From Squalus acanthias (taxonomy: Eukaryota), in assembly GCA_030390025.1 (NCBI GenBank), contig CM059432.1:124064001-124128000 (forward strand): a DNA stretch of 64,000 bases. Direction: 5' to 3'. The translations under genes and the position numbers were made by a program. Of the stretch, positions 35,599 to 49,155 are shown piece after piece. Positions within the stretch are counted from its first letter, which is position 1; each line of letters begins with the position of its first letter. Under the pieces are notes generated by a model. That model did no database searches. It saw only the letters and a list, made by a program, of their open reading frames with translations, and had not been told where the DNA came from.

Positions 35599-36665
35599 AC
35601 CACGATTGTATCCCTCCTGTGCCTAATTCCAGTTAGAAAAATCTATCACGCTCTTGAGAAGATTACTGCTCTTCTTTTAGTCCTTGCTGCTGGAGTTATT
35701 TCTTCACTTGTCTGCCTGATGGTTCTGCTTCGAGGGCAGTCAACTTCAAATCCTGCAGTGGAGCCCTCAACTTCCCCATCGAATTGCACGGGCATCCTAA
35801 GGCACGAATCGCTGGCAGGACTTCGACCCACCAAGCAATATTCAAATTAGCGGATCCTGTTTTCTGGCAGGGTCGGTCGGTGACAGGGCCATTGGCCAGG
35901 AAGAGGTCCCATTCTACCACACTTTCAGCGGTGGATCATGAAACTTCGAATTTTGGGGCCAAAGTGTTTAGTTTGTAAGATCAATATTAAAGGTAAAGAT
36001 TCTTTTGTTCTTCCAGCATGAATCCTCTACTGCATCCAGCATCCTACCACTGCTCAACAGCAGAGTTAGGACTGGAGGCTCTATGTTCTTTGTCTTGAGG
36101 CTGTGATGTGTTCCCTTTGGTCAGATGGTCTTTATCTTCAGTAAATGCATCCTCCTCATAAAAACTGCAGCAACTCAGTGGTGAATACAGTACACTCCTC
36201 TGTATAGACATGAGTGATTGTGTTGTATTTTGCATGAACTGCAGATGTTTTTATAATAATAATGTTGCAGAATATGTACAATCGTTCGTTAGTTAATTTA
36301 CTGCAATCGCAGCAAATGATTATGCAGACAGGACACTATACCCAAATGCCATATAACTAAACTAAAATGCTGTTGTGGTTTGCAGATCAGAGAAGATTTT
36401 TAAGGGCATTGCTATGCTAATATTTTATCCCATCTAAAACAGACAGCAGATATTATTTATATCATTTACCAGACTCAGCAGTAGACTCTGATGTTGAAGT
36501 GCTGTCAGTGTTGCTTTGGAGCTTGAGCAATTGGGCTAGCGTCTTCTCAGGCTGTGAGAGACACTTCCCTGGTGGTTTGCTGTCCAGTGCAGATGATTTG
36601 CATTACACAATGTGCTGTATTTGAGCTCTTACATCCATTTTTATAATATTAATTCATTTATCTTG

Positions 36666-37095
36666 GGTGTCAGCTTTGGCTCAGCGGTAGCTCAGCTGCT
36701 TCTGAGGTCCTGGCTTGAAACCCCACTCCAGAGACTTAAGCACACAATGTCGGCTAACATTCAGTGCAGAACTGTGGGAGTACGACACTGTCAGAGGCGA
36801 GACATTAAACTGCGACCCCCATCTTTCCTCTCGAGCGGATGTAAAAGGTCCCATGGCACTAGTCAAAGAAGAATAGGGGAGTTCTCCTGGTGTCTTAGAG
36901 AACACTTATCCCTCAACCAACACCACTAAAATAGATTATCTGATCATTTATGTTATTGCTGTTTATGGGACCCTGCTGTGCGCACAGTGGCTGCCATGTT
37001 TCACTACATTACAATAGTGACTACATTTTATTGGCTGTGACGTGCTTTGGGATGTCCTGAGGTCATGAAAGGCACTGTATAAATGCAGGTTCTTT
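36666..37095 (+). mobile_element. Deu-domain SINE (older, diverged)
   Basis: tRNA-like head, GTAAAAGGTCCCATGGCACT, tail AAAGGCACTGTATAAATGCAGG. Confidence 0.8.
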
Positions 37096-38515
37096 CTATC
37101 TGCTGCCCTCTGCAGTTACTGGCACTTTTGCAAATGAACTTTTTCTTGATATTGTTGGCTCACCCCTCTCAATGGCCCTCTGTTGTCAATAACATTGTTT
37201 CAGTGGCCAAGCATATATGCTTTCTTTTCTATCATGTAATCAATGCACAGAGTTCCAACGCATTCTTCTGTGTTGTCACTTTCAGCCGCCCTTTACCATC
37301 ATTGGTGTATGAAATAATCTTATTCGCATTAGTCAGCTGGTATCTTGCTGCTCAGTAATACAATATATCTGAATAAAACCTCTGATGTCTCAACCTACAA
37401 GCAGAGTCAATGCACTCAAATTTCAGTGGAACGGCTCGACAGTAATTGAAAACTGCTATCACCCACAAAGCTTTACACTTAATAGTCCAAACCTAGAGCC
37501 CGTAATTGCCACCTGTTTTGTCGAAATTGAATTGAACTTTCTTGTTGGGTTACCTTTAAGTTTTGAGGTTAACCTTTAAAAGCATACCTGACCTGAGTAG
37601 AGCAAACTTACAGTTCAGCAAAGAGATGGATTGCTTTGACACATTTGGCATTTCTCAAGAAAAAAAACCCCAAATCCTTGAGAATGAAAAGATTCTATTC
37701 CACGCTTGACTTCCCCCACATTCTAGAGCTGACTGTGTTCAGCAGACTGTGCTGCAATGTGTCTTGGCAGATGTTGCTGAACATAATAAACTGCACTGCT
37801 TTTTATCAAGTCACACATTCTGAGCACAAAAAAAATGACAAGGCTTCAGGTTAAAAATGATCAAATTCCTTTGCTAATCAAAACTGTGTAGGAAGTGCAA
37901 TTATTTAAACAGATGGAAACAAACTGTTTGATACTTGAGCATTTATTTTGTCCTTTTGCACTTGCCCACAGATTGGCATTTCGAAGAACGTACAAACGAG
38001 AAAGGCTGTTCCGCCCTCCCAAGCCCACTACTTGAGCCACATACAATTTATATCATTATGGATTTTTCTGATGGAGGTGAATATAAGTACATATAAAATC
38101 CCAGGAAGGTAAAGCTCAATGTAGTTTCTCCCAGGTGACAACACTAGGATGTCAGTCTATTATAATCTACAATTTACATTAATTTGGTGATATTTCCATG
38201 GTCCCAAGTAAACTGCAAAGCATTTAATCAGTAGTGTTTATATTGTCCCTATAGTATTTCAATTCTCTCCATAATCAGATATTCATATTAAGGCAGAATT
38301 TATGCGTTCACATTCCTGACACCGAGCTGGCAGCACATATTGAGAATTCAGGCACGGAGGTCAGTCTGGCCTGTAGGATTTAACTTCTCTTGTATGTGCG
38401 CTTTCCTTCTATCTACTCTAGCTCATGGCACATATTGTTGTAATCACATGCACAGTGGGCTGCGAATTAACACGTCCTCTTTGCAATTTCAGTTTCTCAC
38501 CCCTTCTGTTTGCAG

Positions 38516-38600
38516 GACTGCACATAACGAGAGAGAAAGAACCCACATGGGAGAAGGCCCAACAACTTTTGTCCCCTTACCCTCTTTGGGAAGATGGCCC
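38516..38600 (+). pseudogene. Decayed Harbinger Myb-gene exon 2
   Basis: After cccttctgtttgcag: TAHNERERTHMGEGPTTFVPL, similar to RAHNKRERAMTGGGPPSVAQL at 14931. Confidence 0.5.
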
Positions 38601-39338
38601 AATAGATCCTGCGCACAGAGGCTATTGGGGGAATAGGGGAAGGGGAAGCAGGAAGACTAGCCTCCATTCAGTGTTTGCACTAAACATCTGCTCTTTTTTC
38701 TTATCTTATTCACCCAGATGCACAGAGCACGAATGAGCAGGAGCAGGTGGTGGTGGCAGGAGCCTACTATGAGGAAGGTCAGAACATGGATCCAGACCTT
38801 AGGGACCTACTTTTCAAAGAAGTATGATTTATAAGCATTAAAGATTGCTACGGTCATTGGAGATAAAGCCATGTAACCGTCAACAGATGATAGCTAGTGT
38901 TCAGCTCCATTTGCCTTCATTGAAGGATGGGAGCTGAGCTGAGAATTTAACCGATTGTTTCTAAAACCATGCTGATTATCCCTTATGGCCTCTATGCTGT
39001 TTTGAAGAACCACGATATGAACCTGTAAAATGCTTAAGCATTTTCCACTACTGACGTTAGACCAATTTATCTTTGGTTCCCAGATTCTAGTGCATCTCCA
39101 GTTTTGAATAGTAGGATTATTTGAGTCATTCTCCAGTCCTCACCTGTAGCCCCTGTACTTAAAGAACACCAAAAATATTAACCAGAATATCAGCAATTTC
39201 TTGTCTCATTTCCCTTCAAATTCAAGGGTGCATTCCACTGAGGTTCAGGTGCCCTATATACATTTATATTTTGTATTTCTTCAGGTTACATGCTTTGCTA
39301 ACACCTGCTGTATTAAACATTTCCAAATGAGTTTCATT

Positions 39339-41067
39339 GGCCAAGATTTTCTGGGGTGTCAGCGGGTGGGATCAGTGGCGGGTCAGGTGGGAAAGTGTTG
39401 TTTTTGACAGCGGGTTGGGAACCTGCCACAACGTGCCTTTCCCAATGTCGGGTTTGTCAGCGCTGAGCAGACCAGACTGGCAGCGGCGGGCGACTCAATT
39501 AAACTCATTAGCATCTAGCTGACAGATGATTAACAGGCTTTTTTAACTTACCTTTTGACTTTAACTTCATGGCCAAGGGAACCACACTGTTCAGGGACCA
39601 CGGTTGTCAACTTGAGGCGTGAGTTCCGTGGCCATTGCTCCAGCTGATTACTTGACAGCTTCAAATGTACAGTAAAAGCTCCCACCTGACAGATCATCAC
39701 TTTCCTCAGCCACAAGCTGTTTCTCAGTCCATTTCCAGCACAGATTCCGCAGGCTTTCCACTCTCCATCCAGTCTCACCTTATTGGAAGAACTCTCTCAC
39801 CATTGACAGAATGCTTCTGTCATCTCTACTTCACCTGCCATCTATTACATCAGCATTGGTGCCCTTTATACTGTCTCACCTTGGTCCTCAGAATCCGACC
39901 ATGATCAGTCCCAACACCAGCAGCACCAGGCACACCAGCAGCACCAACAACAACACCAACCTTCTCCGCAATCAGCTGGTTCTGCACAGGACACAGGGCA
40001 TCAGCACTCGACCACATTGCTGCCTGGTATGCCAGGGATGGCCTCACCATGGCCACATTTACTTCACTTGATGCTGTACACCCTGGCTGCCACATGATGG
40101 CCACCCCACACCAACACCATAAAGCATCCCTACAATGCCCAAGCCATTCCTTTCACACTCATGACCATTGCGGGGGGTACCGTTATGTCTCACCATTCTC
40201 TGCAACTCACTAAGCCACTTCCAAAGGTGCACACAAATCTGTCCAAGAATGCAAAGTGTTGAAATGTTTGACAGCACATTAATAGAAACTTTACATAAAC
40301 ATTGGATAAAACATCCAAGCAGCTACCCTTGTGTGTTGTTAGTTGATATGATTGGACTAGGATGAGGGTGAGTGTGAGGGGTGGCTAGTGAGATGGGGAT
40401 ATGATAATGTATATAGAGAAGGATGGGTGTTGGTGCAAGGTAAGTTAGTGTGAGTAAGGATGTGCAGAGATAGGGTAGGGAAGGCAGAGTGATGGGGATG
40501 TGATGAGTGGCACAGCAGGATGAGGTTGAGTGTGGCTTTGCAGTAACGTTTCATGATCTAATGAGATAATTGAAACATTTGCGTCACTGCACCGAGGTCC
40601 TCCTGACCACATCCCTGCTTGTGCCCTCCTGTGCAATGTGCAACCAGGCTGTTTTGGTCTCCTGGGGAGGTGTCTTCCGCCCATCGGAAGGGAAGAGAAC
40701 CTCCCTGTGTGCTGTGACTCCCTCCATAAGCATATGGAGGGAGTCATGGGAGAACCTGGGTGTAGCCCTGCACCTCTGTGCAGTGCTAGTCAGTGTTTGC
40801 AGCACCTCAATGCTGTAGAACACTGACAGCACAAACGTCAAAAGAAATGTGGCCATGGTCCCTTTAAAGAAATCGGCTGATGACACGTCATGAATGACAT
40901 CATCAGACCCGCTTCCTCTAATTGGCCCGGGAAACGCGCTGGGCGGGCTTAACAAGCCCCATCAACGTAAATTCATTTTCCAGAGCGGGATGGAGCCAGC
41001 AGCGGGGTCAGGACCTGCCACTGATGTTGCCCACCCCGGACCCACCGATGTAAGCAAAATCTCGGCC
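39339..41067 (-). mobile_element. Non-autonomous Harbinger with Myb exon 1 (~40545-40790, minus) and core-deleted transposase (~39855-40070, plus)
   Basis: ATT|GGCCAAGATTTT ... AAAATCTCGGCC|ATT; TPRFSHDSLHMLMEGV...VLFPSDGRK...WLHIAQE...RRTSVQ*RKCF. Confidence 0.9.
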
Positions 41068-41959
41068 ATTATCTCTGGAATTTGTTCAAATATTTCATTC
41101 ATGATAACTGGTGTGAAAAATTAATGCAACACACAAGCTAATTTCTCATCCCTCACATTTCTGTAAGAAACAACTATGGAAGAGTTGTTCAAAGCAAGGA
41201 CCACTAACTTGCAATATAGTGTCACCCACATTGCTTCCTTAAATCTACTTGTTAGAATTAATTGGTTATGTAGTTGTCAGGTACAACACTGTCACCTTTC
41301 TTGAATATGAAATTCCATTTGCTTGTTTCCAATCCGTTGCAACCTCCACAGTATTCATTGACTAACGCCCATCAGTGCTTCACAAATCTCCCCCCTCATC
41401 TCGCTAAGTACCCTGGGGTATAGTTCATCCATCCCAAGCATAGATACAACCAAATATGTACACTTGAGAGATATCAGGGGCAATTCAGGAATTTGGAAGA
41501 GGAGGGAGAAGAAATGGGGAATTTAACCCATGTCAAAAATTTGGGGAAAGGGGAACATGTCCCCTATATCCCACTGTAGCAGTTGTCCCTGTGGTTCCAA
41601 GTGAATTATTGCTTCTCAGCCTATCCAGAACTTCTGCTTCAGTAATGCCAAAATTCCAAAGCATACATGACATGTATTGATGTTGAATGGTATATTGTTA
41701 ATGTGTCCTCTCTGGTAAAAATCTCCAAGTAGTAGTCATTTAGCATGTTAATCACCTCCTGTTCACCCTTATGTTGTTTTTATGACAAATATAGTTTACA
41801 GAAACACCCAGGAGGCATCTAAGGGGCAACAGATGACCATTAATATAAAATAAAAAGGCTGCAATGAATTTCTAGCTGTTCCCATGGACTCTGTTGGTTT
41901 CTTCTTTGTTTTTTCATCCATAGCTATCGTTTTCAGCATAAAGAGGGCTTGTAGAAACG

Positions 41960-43450
41960 TGATGGGTTGCAGCTAAATAAGGCAAGCAGGAGGTATGAAA
42001 GGAACAAAGAAATAGCTAGTGGGCACTATTTAAACTTGATTGGAGCAGGGATTGATCTGGACAGTATACAAGAACAGGGTAATGAAAATGATCATGACAT
42101 GGGCAAGAATGCAGCATTACCCAGACAGTAAGACCAGAAAACTAGATAGGCAGGTTGAGGACCTAAAGCCAAAATTAGATATACCGACACGAACATTACA
42201 ACCGGGTAGGTAAGGTAGTTGAGGTAGCACCACAGGAAAAACTATGGTATTACATTTTCTAGCAAATGTGTTCCAACAAGAAAAGGGGCAGGTGAATATT
42301 TGGCATTTGCTGCATACCACCAAGCTAACATAAGGAGAACTATCAGTCACTTTATGATGATTTTAGAAAGAAGAGTGAAAAAAGGAAGGTAGTGCTAACA
42401 GGAGCCTTCAACCAGTCCAACAAAACTTGGCAATACTCAAGTAAAAAGGATTTTGAGCTGGTCAGTGTAGTGATTGACTGTGTCTTGTGTGTCAGGGAGC
42501 TCACAAGAGATGGCTCTCTTCCAGGCTTGGCTGTTGTGGTGATCAAGACACTACTCAGGGAATAGAATTAGCTAAACCACTGCATAATAGTGACCATGGC
42601 ATGATAACATTCAAACTATATAGGCAATTAAAAACTCCAGCATACTTTTAGGCAAACTTTTCTGAGAGCCAAGCTTAGTAACATAGGTCAGAGAAGCATT
42701 ACTCATGGAAGTATTTGAGGATAAATGGGCATCCTACATAACATTATGCAGACATGCAGGACAATTACATACCTTTTTTTAATTTATTCTTGGGTTATGG
42801 GTGACGCTGGCAAGGCTGCTTTTACTGCCCAAAACTAGTTGCCCTGAGAAGGGGTTGGTGAGCCTTTTCCTTAAATAAATCTGTCGAGCACCAATGGAAA
42901 AGTAAATAAAAATTCTCCAAAATGGATCAATGGGAAAATTAACAGGAGGATTAGGATTTTTTTTTTTTTTACAAAGCTTGTAGGAAGAAGGGAGATGGTG
43001 ATTATTGGGCTGTGTACAAAATTATAGAGAAACAGGACACAAAAAGAAATTTAGGGTGTCACGAGAATACTGGGAAAAAAATACATAGCAGCAGATACAA
43101 ACATAACGGCAAAAAATCTTCCAATACTCCAACAGCAAGAGAGCGGTGAAGAAGAAAGTTAAAGCCTTAAGGGACCCATATGTTGTTGAACATGAGGCTG
43201 AACAGGAGATATCAAATGAGTTGGTCTTCAAAAAATATGGATTTGTTAACCTTTAGCCCAACTGAAAATACATTTGAACAGACAACATAAATATAGAGGT
43301 TAAAGGTTAAAAATGGCATTTGGCACAATGATGTTGATAATTAGGAGAAAAGATGTGGTGTCACTAAATTAAATTAAATTTTAACACCATTTGACTACAA
43401 GATGGTGTGAGTTTTTTTGTGCTAATGATTCAAGAGTGCAAACAAAATCA
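41960..43450 (+). mobile_element. Very old CR1-like remnant (endonuclease/linker region), with a small antisense LINE-tail fragment at ~42775-42870
   Basis: A-rich with SDH-like (AGTGACCAT) and PKW-like (CCAAAATGGATC) relics; no intact ORF. Confidence 0.45.
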
Positions 43451-43921
43451 TACGACGCAGCTTATTTAACTTTCTAAAGGCAAAGTATCCTTGAGAATCT
43501 TCAGTAATTATTGTACATTTGGAAAAGCAGTGTTTTGAAACTGTAAAAAGACGCTTGTTGATAAATCTTTGCATATCTGGCTCATGAACAGCATAGCCTA
43601 ATGAACACAGCAAGGATCCCTATTTCAATAAGATTCATTTAATATGATAATGAAACCAGATGATGCTCAGTTATAGCAGATCTGCCAGGAATTCAAAAGA
43701 TCCATAACCCAGGAACCCGACTGATGCAACTGTTACAATGGACTTCTACTTGAGTAAAGAACGCCTGTCACAGGTGAGATCACCCATTTATTGAGTAGGG
43801 CAACTTCTGTTATTCGAATCTTACACACAACGTCAAGTGAATAATGAAACACTTTCATTTTTAATTGGGCTTGATTTTTACATGTGTGCAATATCAAATC
43901 TGTGAGAAATGAAATGACAGT

Positions 43922-44678
43922 GGGCCAGAATTTGCTGTCAAAATAATGGCAAGGCTAATGGCGCTTTCCGGTATTTATAGATAAACTTTACAGCAACTTC
44001 CACCGAGAAGCAGATGCGCGATTAAATGTGACTATCCAAAAGTTGCTGTCCAACTTGCTCTGCTCCACCGTTAACTTCCCGAAAACAGCATCTCATCCTT
44101 AACATTCCCTTTTTTTTAGGATCTTGCTGTATTTGCTCATAATTGCCCAATAAAAGCACCACTGAAAGTTAAGTCTTGTCATTACAAGTGTAAGTACCCT
44201 TTCAACGACCTAAGTGTTAAAGACTGACAGTCAACCTCTCTGGCACTGAAAATTAACTATTACAAGTGTGGAGTCTCATTCCTTCAGGTTTTGACATTTT
44301 TGGGGAGATTTTAAAAATGTTAAATTTTTTATTTTAATTTTTTTTCTTACTTTTTCTTTCTGTCTCTTTTTCTTTCTCTCTCTTAACCCAATCTTTCTTT
44401 CTCTCTCTTTATTTCTCTTTCTGATTTGACATTGAATTCACCCCCTTTAATTCACCTTCCTTCACAGTCCTTCCTGTGTTTATTTCCCAATCCTTAAACC
44501 TCATTCGTTAAGTTGATACCCTGTTGGGTGCCCTGTTCACTCAGGTCCCAGATGCCCTGTTTCCCTCGCTGCGCTGTTATCAGCACGCACTTTCAGCAAC
44601 TTTGAGCTGAAGGGTGAAGGGGCAAGTCTAACTAATGGCAGATGCTGGTAGATGCCCTGCTACAGCAATTTCTGGCCC
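43922..44678. mobile_element. Harbinger-type MITE
   Basis: GGGCCAGAATTTGCTGT ... ACAGCAATTTCTGGCCC (16/17 TIR); TSD not preserved. Confidence 0.75.
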
Positions 44679-44914
44679 AAATATTGCCAAATTGAATGTT
44701 AACGGTTTGGGAATGACCAAGAACCTGGATCTAGGCACTCATACCACTAATATACTTCATTCAGTAGATTTCTGCTTTGATATTAGGCTAAGAAAATGGG
44801 TGCTGGTTGGGAAGTGTAGCCTTAATAAACTTCATGTAAGATTTACAGGTCCATCTTTTTTATTTTATTACAAAATGAAATAATATGGATTTTCTTCCTA
44901 AAGGAATGCCTGCA

Positions 44915-45275
44915 TCCAGTGCAGTACTGAGGGAGCGCTGCACTGTCGAAGGTGCCGTCTTTCAGATGAGACGTTAAACCGAGGCCCTGTCTGCTCTCTC
45001 ATGTGGATGTAAAAGATCCCATGGCACTATTTTGAAGATGAGCAGGGGAGTTATCCCCAGTGTCCTGGCCAATATTTATCCCTCAATCAACATAACAAAC
45101 AGATTATCTGGTCATTATCACATTGCTGTTTGTGGGACCTTGCTGTGCGCAAATTGGCTGCCGCGTTTCCTACATTACAACAGTGACTACACTTGAAAAG
45201 TACTTCATTGACTGTAAAGCGCTTTGGGACATCTGGTGGTTGTGAAAGGCGCTATATAAATGCAAGTCTTTCTTC
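44915..45275 (+). mobile_element. Deu-domain SINE (head missing)
   Basis: Well-preserved Deu core and L2-like tail. Confidence 0.88.
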
Positions 45276-45493
45276 ATTTATCATCCACACTGCTATTAAG
45301 ATCTTTTTACCGATCTCCATATTTGTGTATACTGTATGTACTGATCATGCTAATAAATCAAGACTCACCTAGAAAACTAAAGCTTTGTCCTGGTTGTCTT
45401 GTTTACCAAATATTTACTAGTATGAGAGCATTTTCTGAATATTTGTCCCAAATGTTTCCTACAGCTATAGCCCCTTATTAGAACACTCTACTA

Positions 45494-45769
45494 CAGGGAT
45501 GTCCAACCTATGGCCCATGACCCACAGCAATCTGTCCCTCGAAGCCCAGGGAACTACACTTATATTTCTTATCTGTTGGATTGTCCTCTTTGAATTGTGA
45601 GTCTGGGAGGTTGGAAAGGGCTGTTTATAGCACTGTTGCCTCAGTGAATAAATCCTAAACCAGAACACTAGCATCTGTTAATGTTAGCAACTTGAGATAT
45701 GTGCATATTAATGTACATGAATTTAAAACTTTATATCCAGTCATGACAACAAAAGCTTGGGCACCCCTG
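45494..45769. mobile_element. hAT (Charlie-like) MITE
   Basis: CAGGGATGTCCAA ... TTGGGCACCCCTG TIRs (11/13); degenerate 8-bp flanks CTCTACTA / CTTTAATG. Confidence 0.7.
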
Positions 45770-46107
45770 CTTTAATGTACCATCACTTCTGATATAACTC
45801 ACAATGTCATGCAAAGATATTTTAAAAATCTCCTTTATAATATGCATATTGTATAGTTCCCAGACAGTTTTATAGAGAACAAGAAGGGATTACTGCTTCT
45901 GACAAATGAGTGCGTACCCATAGCTTTTTTCAATTTTCCACAGAAAATATACAACATGTAAGCACAAAAGCAGCAGAAAATACACAGCAGTAACCAGCAC
46001 AACGTGATTTGGCTATCTTGCACAGTCTGCACATGGGTTCCAATTCCAAGAAAGGAAATTAGGATCGTAGAATACTGAATAATGTTTACTTTAATTATAG
46101 GCCAGAG

Positions 46108-46480
46108 TTCGCCCTATGGCTCGGTCGGTTTATCCAATGAACAGCTCAGTTCAATCCCCAGCCTATGCTGAGTTAGCTAAACTCATCCCGGATGGCAATA
46201 GGGTTGCTTTAATGAGCCACTGTGCCTCTGGAACTAGGCAGGAAACAAATGGCTGGTATTCCTACTCATGATCACCATGTGGTGAGCCCTGCTGGAAATA
46301 ATCATGTATGACAGGATTGGGCTCAGCTGTAACACCCTCCTCGTCAGATAAGCTGCAATCACTGCCTTGGCTCACACATGAATAATGACCATTTGGGAAG
46401 CTACCAGATGATGATTGGCACCAGTAGAACTGTACCTCTGCTAAGGTACTTGCAGTCGAGGGGAAAGGTTTGGAAGAGAA
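46108..46480 (+). mobile_element. Old SINE 'family B'
   Basis: GTTCAATCCC B-box-like, GCTGAGTTAGCT, GGCTCACACATGAATAATGACC. Confidence 0.65.
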
Positions 46481-46500
46481 AACTGAACATTAAAAAATAT

Positions 46501-47229
46501 GGGGGAAAAATTCGGTTGCTTTGTGCCTCCCGTTAGTGCCCTAAGAGGGCACTAACGGGATGCAAAGCAACTAGCACCTGGGCACGGTGCCGCCAACGCC
46601 TCCCGCGAAATTCAGCGCCCCATGGTGCTGCGCCGCCGGCGATGATGTCATCGCCATCCGCAGCACTCCGCTTGCGCCCCGGCCGTGATCTTCGGTAGCG
46701 CCCCCTGACTTACCGCCAGACGCTGTGTCCGACAGGGTCAGGGGGGCCTACCTGCGGCCGGGGTGGCGCTAATTAAAGGTGAGGTGCCGGGCGGCCATTT
46801 TTGTTGCTGGCCGCCTGCCAGCACCTGCCCCCGTTGCCGTCCCCGGCCTCCTGAGCAGCCCCCCCCCCGAGGAGTGCCGGCTGCACACCGTGAGCCCGGC
46901 ACTTCTCTTGACTGTCGGGCTCTTTTGCCAGCACTCCGATCCCTGATGGCCCAGCTGGGCCCCGGGTCATGCTGCGCAAGGCTCCTCCCCTTTAAGAAGG
47001 GGAGGAAGGCCTGCAGTACCGTGGCCCAACGTGCTGCAGCACGTAGCGCCGCGATATTCCCTCGCAGCGCCCCAAGAGGGAGGCGGGGTGCTTGCAGTAG
47101 TGCCCCGCTTCCCTCTTGAGGTGCTACCGATGAATTTTGGCCGCGGAGGTGCTACTTTTTTCAGGGCGTTAAAAGTAGCGCCCCGGCGAAGTTAGCGCCC
47201 CAATGGGGGCACGACTCAATTTTTCCCCC
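46501..47229 (+). mobile_element. GC/CpG-rich Harbinger-type MITE 'family A', complete
   Basis: GGGGGAAAAATT ... AATTTTTCCCCC perfect 12-bp TIR in AT-rich flanks. Confidence 0.88.
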
Positions 47230-47935
47230 ATATATTTTAGGAAATATGTAAAACATGAAAAGCTGAAAATGCACAGCAGGTGCACCAGCATCTGAAGAGA
47301 ACAGGCAGGCAAGGCCAATGGTTATGTGGAAAAATAAATGGATTACACAATGCAATTCTGAAAACACCAATAGAAATCTCGGAATCCCATGTATTGAAAA
47401 AGGATTTCAAGTTATTCAGTCACTAGAAACCAATGGCCCCGAAGACGGGTTAAAATAGACCCTTTATCAGGACTGATCTGACAAAGGGTTTATGCCCAAA
47501 ACATCGCCCACCCGTTGAAAATTGGGCAGGCTCTATAATGGAGGGGGGTATGATCTGCTCTGCCACTTCCCAGGTGGTGAAGGTGGAAATTACCCCCAGT
47601 GTCTCTACAGGGCATAATCACCTTTTAAGGAAAGTGTGTTCTTGAGTGCATATAGGAAGGAAAATGGCAAAAGCACAGAAAAAATGGGTTCCAGCAGGAG
47701 GCAGACCATGTATGGTTTTAGTCAGAAAAAAATAAGGGCCCATTTCAATTTATGCAAATTATTACTCAATACTCAGAGAGGATAGTGCACTGCTGAATAG
47801 GGATGGCATTGTTACGTTTGATCAACATATGAAAAGATGAGGCAGCAATACAGATTCTTTGTTTTTGGGGATCAAAGTGATTAGTTTGGGTAAAGGGCTC
47901 TACCATCAGCACAAGCAAGAATGTGAAGAGATGAT

Positions 47936-48560
47936 GGGGTAGATTTTAAATATTGGGTGACTAACCTGTGGAGCGAGGAGATCTGGTCTGGTCCATTTCG
48001 AAGGCTCGGCCTCATTTACATATATGTGGTGGGATACGGACACCAAACGAGCATCCTAATGCAGCTCGCCTGCTCTAGTTCACCACAATATCGGGTGGCC
48101 CGGTGACCGAGACAACTGCGTAAAAGATACAGGAGGGGGGGGGGGGGGTACAATTGTGGGGGGCGGGGGGAGGGTAAAATCTGGGGCAACAGTGGCCCAC
48201 ATTACTCTTGCAGGGCTCAGAGGAGCCCGCCTGCTCCTCCTGGCCCCACAAAAATAGTTTTAGCACTTCCCCATTTAGGCCTCTTCTACTGTATCGCCAG
48301 GTTTTGCTGAGTGGGTTGTCCATTGCGGATGCTCTGTCCAATAGGCAGTTAAAATGGCATTGGGGTCCTATGTAAGTTATAGGCCCCCTATTTGCATAAA
48401 TTAATGAAGCTCCCACCTGATTAGGCAGGTGTCTCGGCTGCCCAGTGGAAGGTGCCTGCAAAGATGGCGGCAGAGCTGGTACAGGGCAGTGCACATCCCC
48501 TCCATTTTAACTCCGCTATTGCCCCTTTTCTAACAGGTGGAGGGATTTAAAATCTCCCCT
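47936..48560. mobile_element. Harbinger-type MITE
   Basis: GGGGTAGATTTTAAAT ... ATTTAAAATCTCCCCT. Confidence 0.65.
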
Positions 48561-49155
48561 AATTTCACGTCCCATTAGCTCGTTAATTAGCTTCTTGATT
48601 CCATAGGAAACAGTTATTCTCTAAATTGATCATGACCAGTTGGGTCTTGGCACGTTCTCATACACAAACAACCAGGCTGGGAAAAGCAGAAAGTCATGGG
48701 AAGTGGGAAGAAGAGCACTTAACTGCTTTTATACAACAACTGAGCGCAAGGGATTTGCATACATTATGAAGGAATGATCCAAATTCGATTGCAGCAGATG
48801 CTTAATGTAGGAAATTGCATTGATCTTGCTGAAGTTAGCTATTTATATTGTAAAAGCAATAAAGGATAAATTCTTGGGGAAAAAAATGACCCAACTGTCC
48901 TGACTGGCAAAGAACAAGTAAATATCCCAAGCATTTATGTGATACAAATCAATACAAAAATCAGTAGGCTATTATAAATATGCAAGCCAATTTGTCCTGT
49001 GACTGTAAAATAAATTTATTTCCTGTTTATCGTTTTTGCTGCTTCCAAATTATTTGCCTTATCATCCTTCACCCTTCAATTTCCAGCAGGCTGCCTTGTC
49101 GTAGACAGACCTCACCATCCCTTGTTCCTCCTGTTCACTGGAAGTTACATGTTCA

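Noticed and set aside
35539..36235. Short ORFs in unique DNA (35539-35978, 36044-36235)
   Set aside because: No homology recognised and no consistent strand or frame; cannot be supported as CDS.
41475..41591. Small hAT-like MITE (CAGGGGCAA...TTGTCCCTG)
   Set aside because: Only 8/9-bp TIR and no TSD.
46501..47229. CpG-island promoter
   Set aside because: Coincides exactly with a TIR-bounded MITE present three times in the window.
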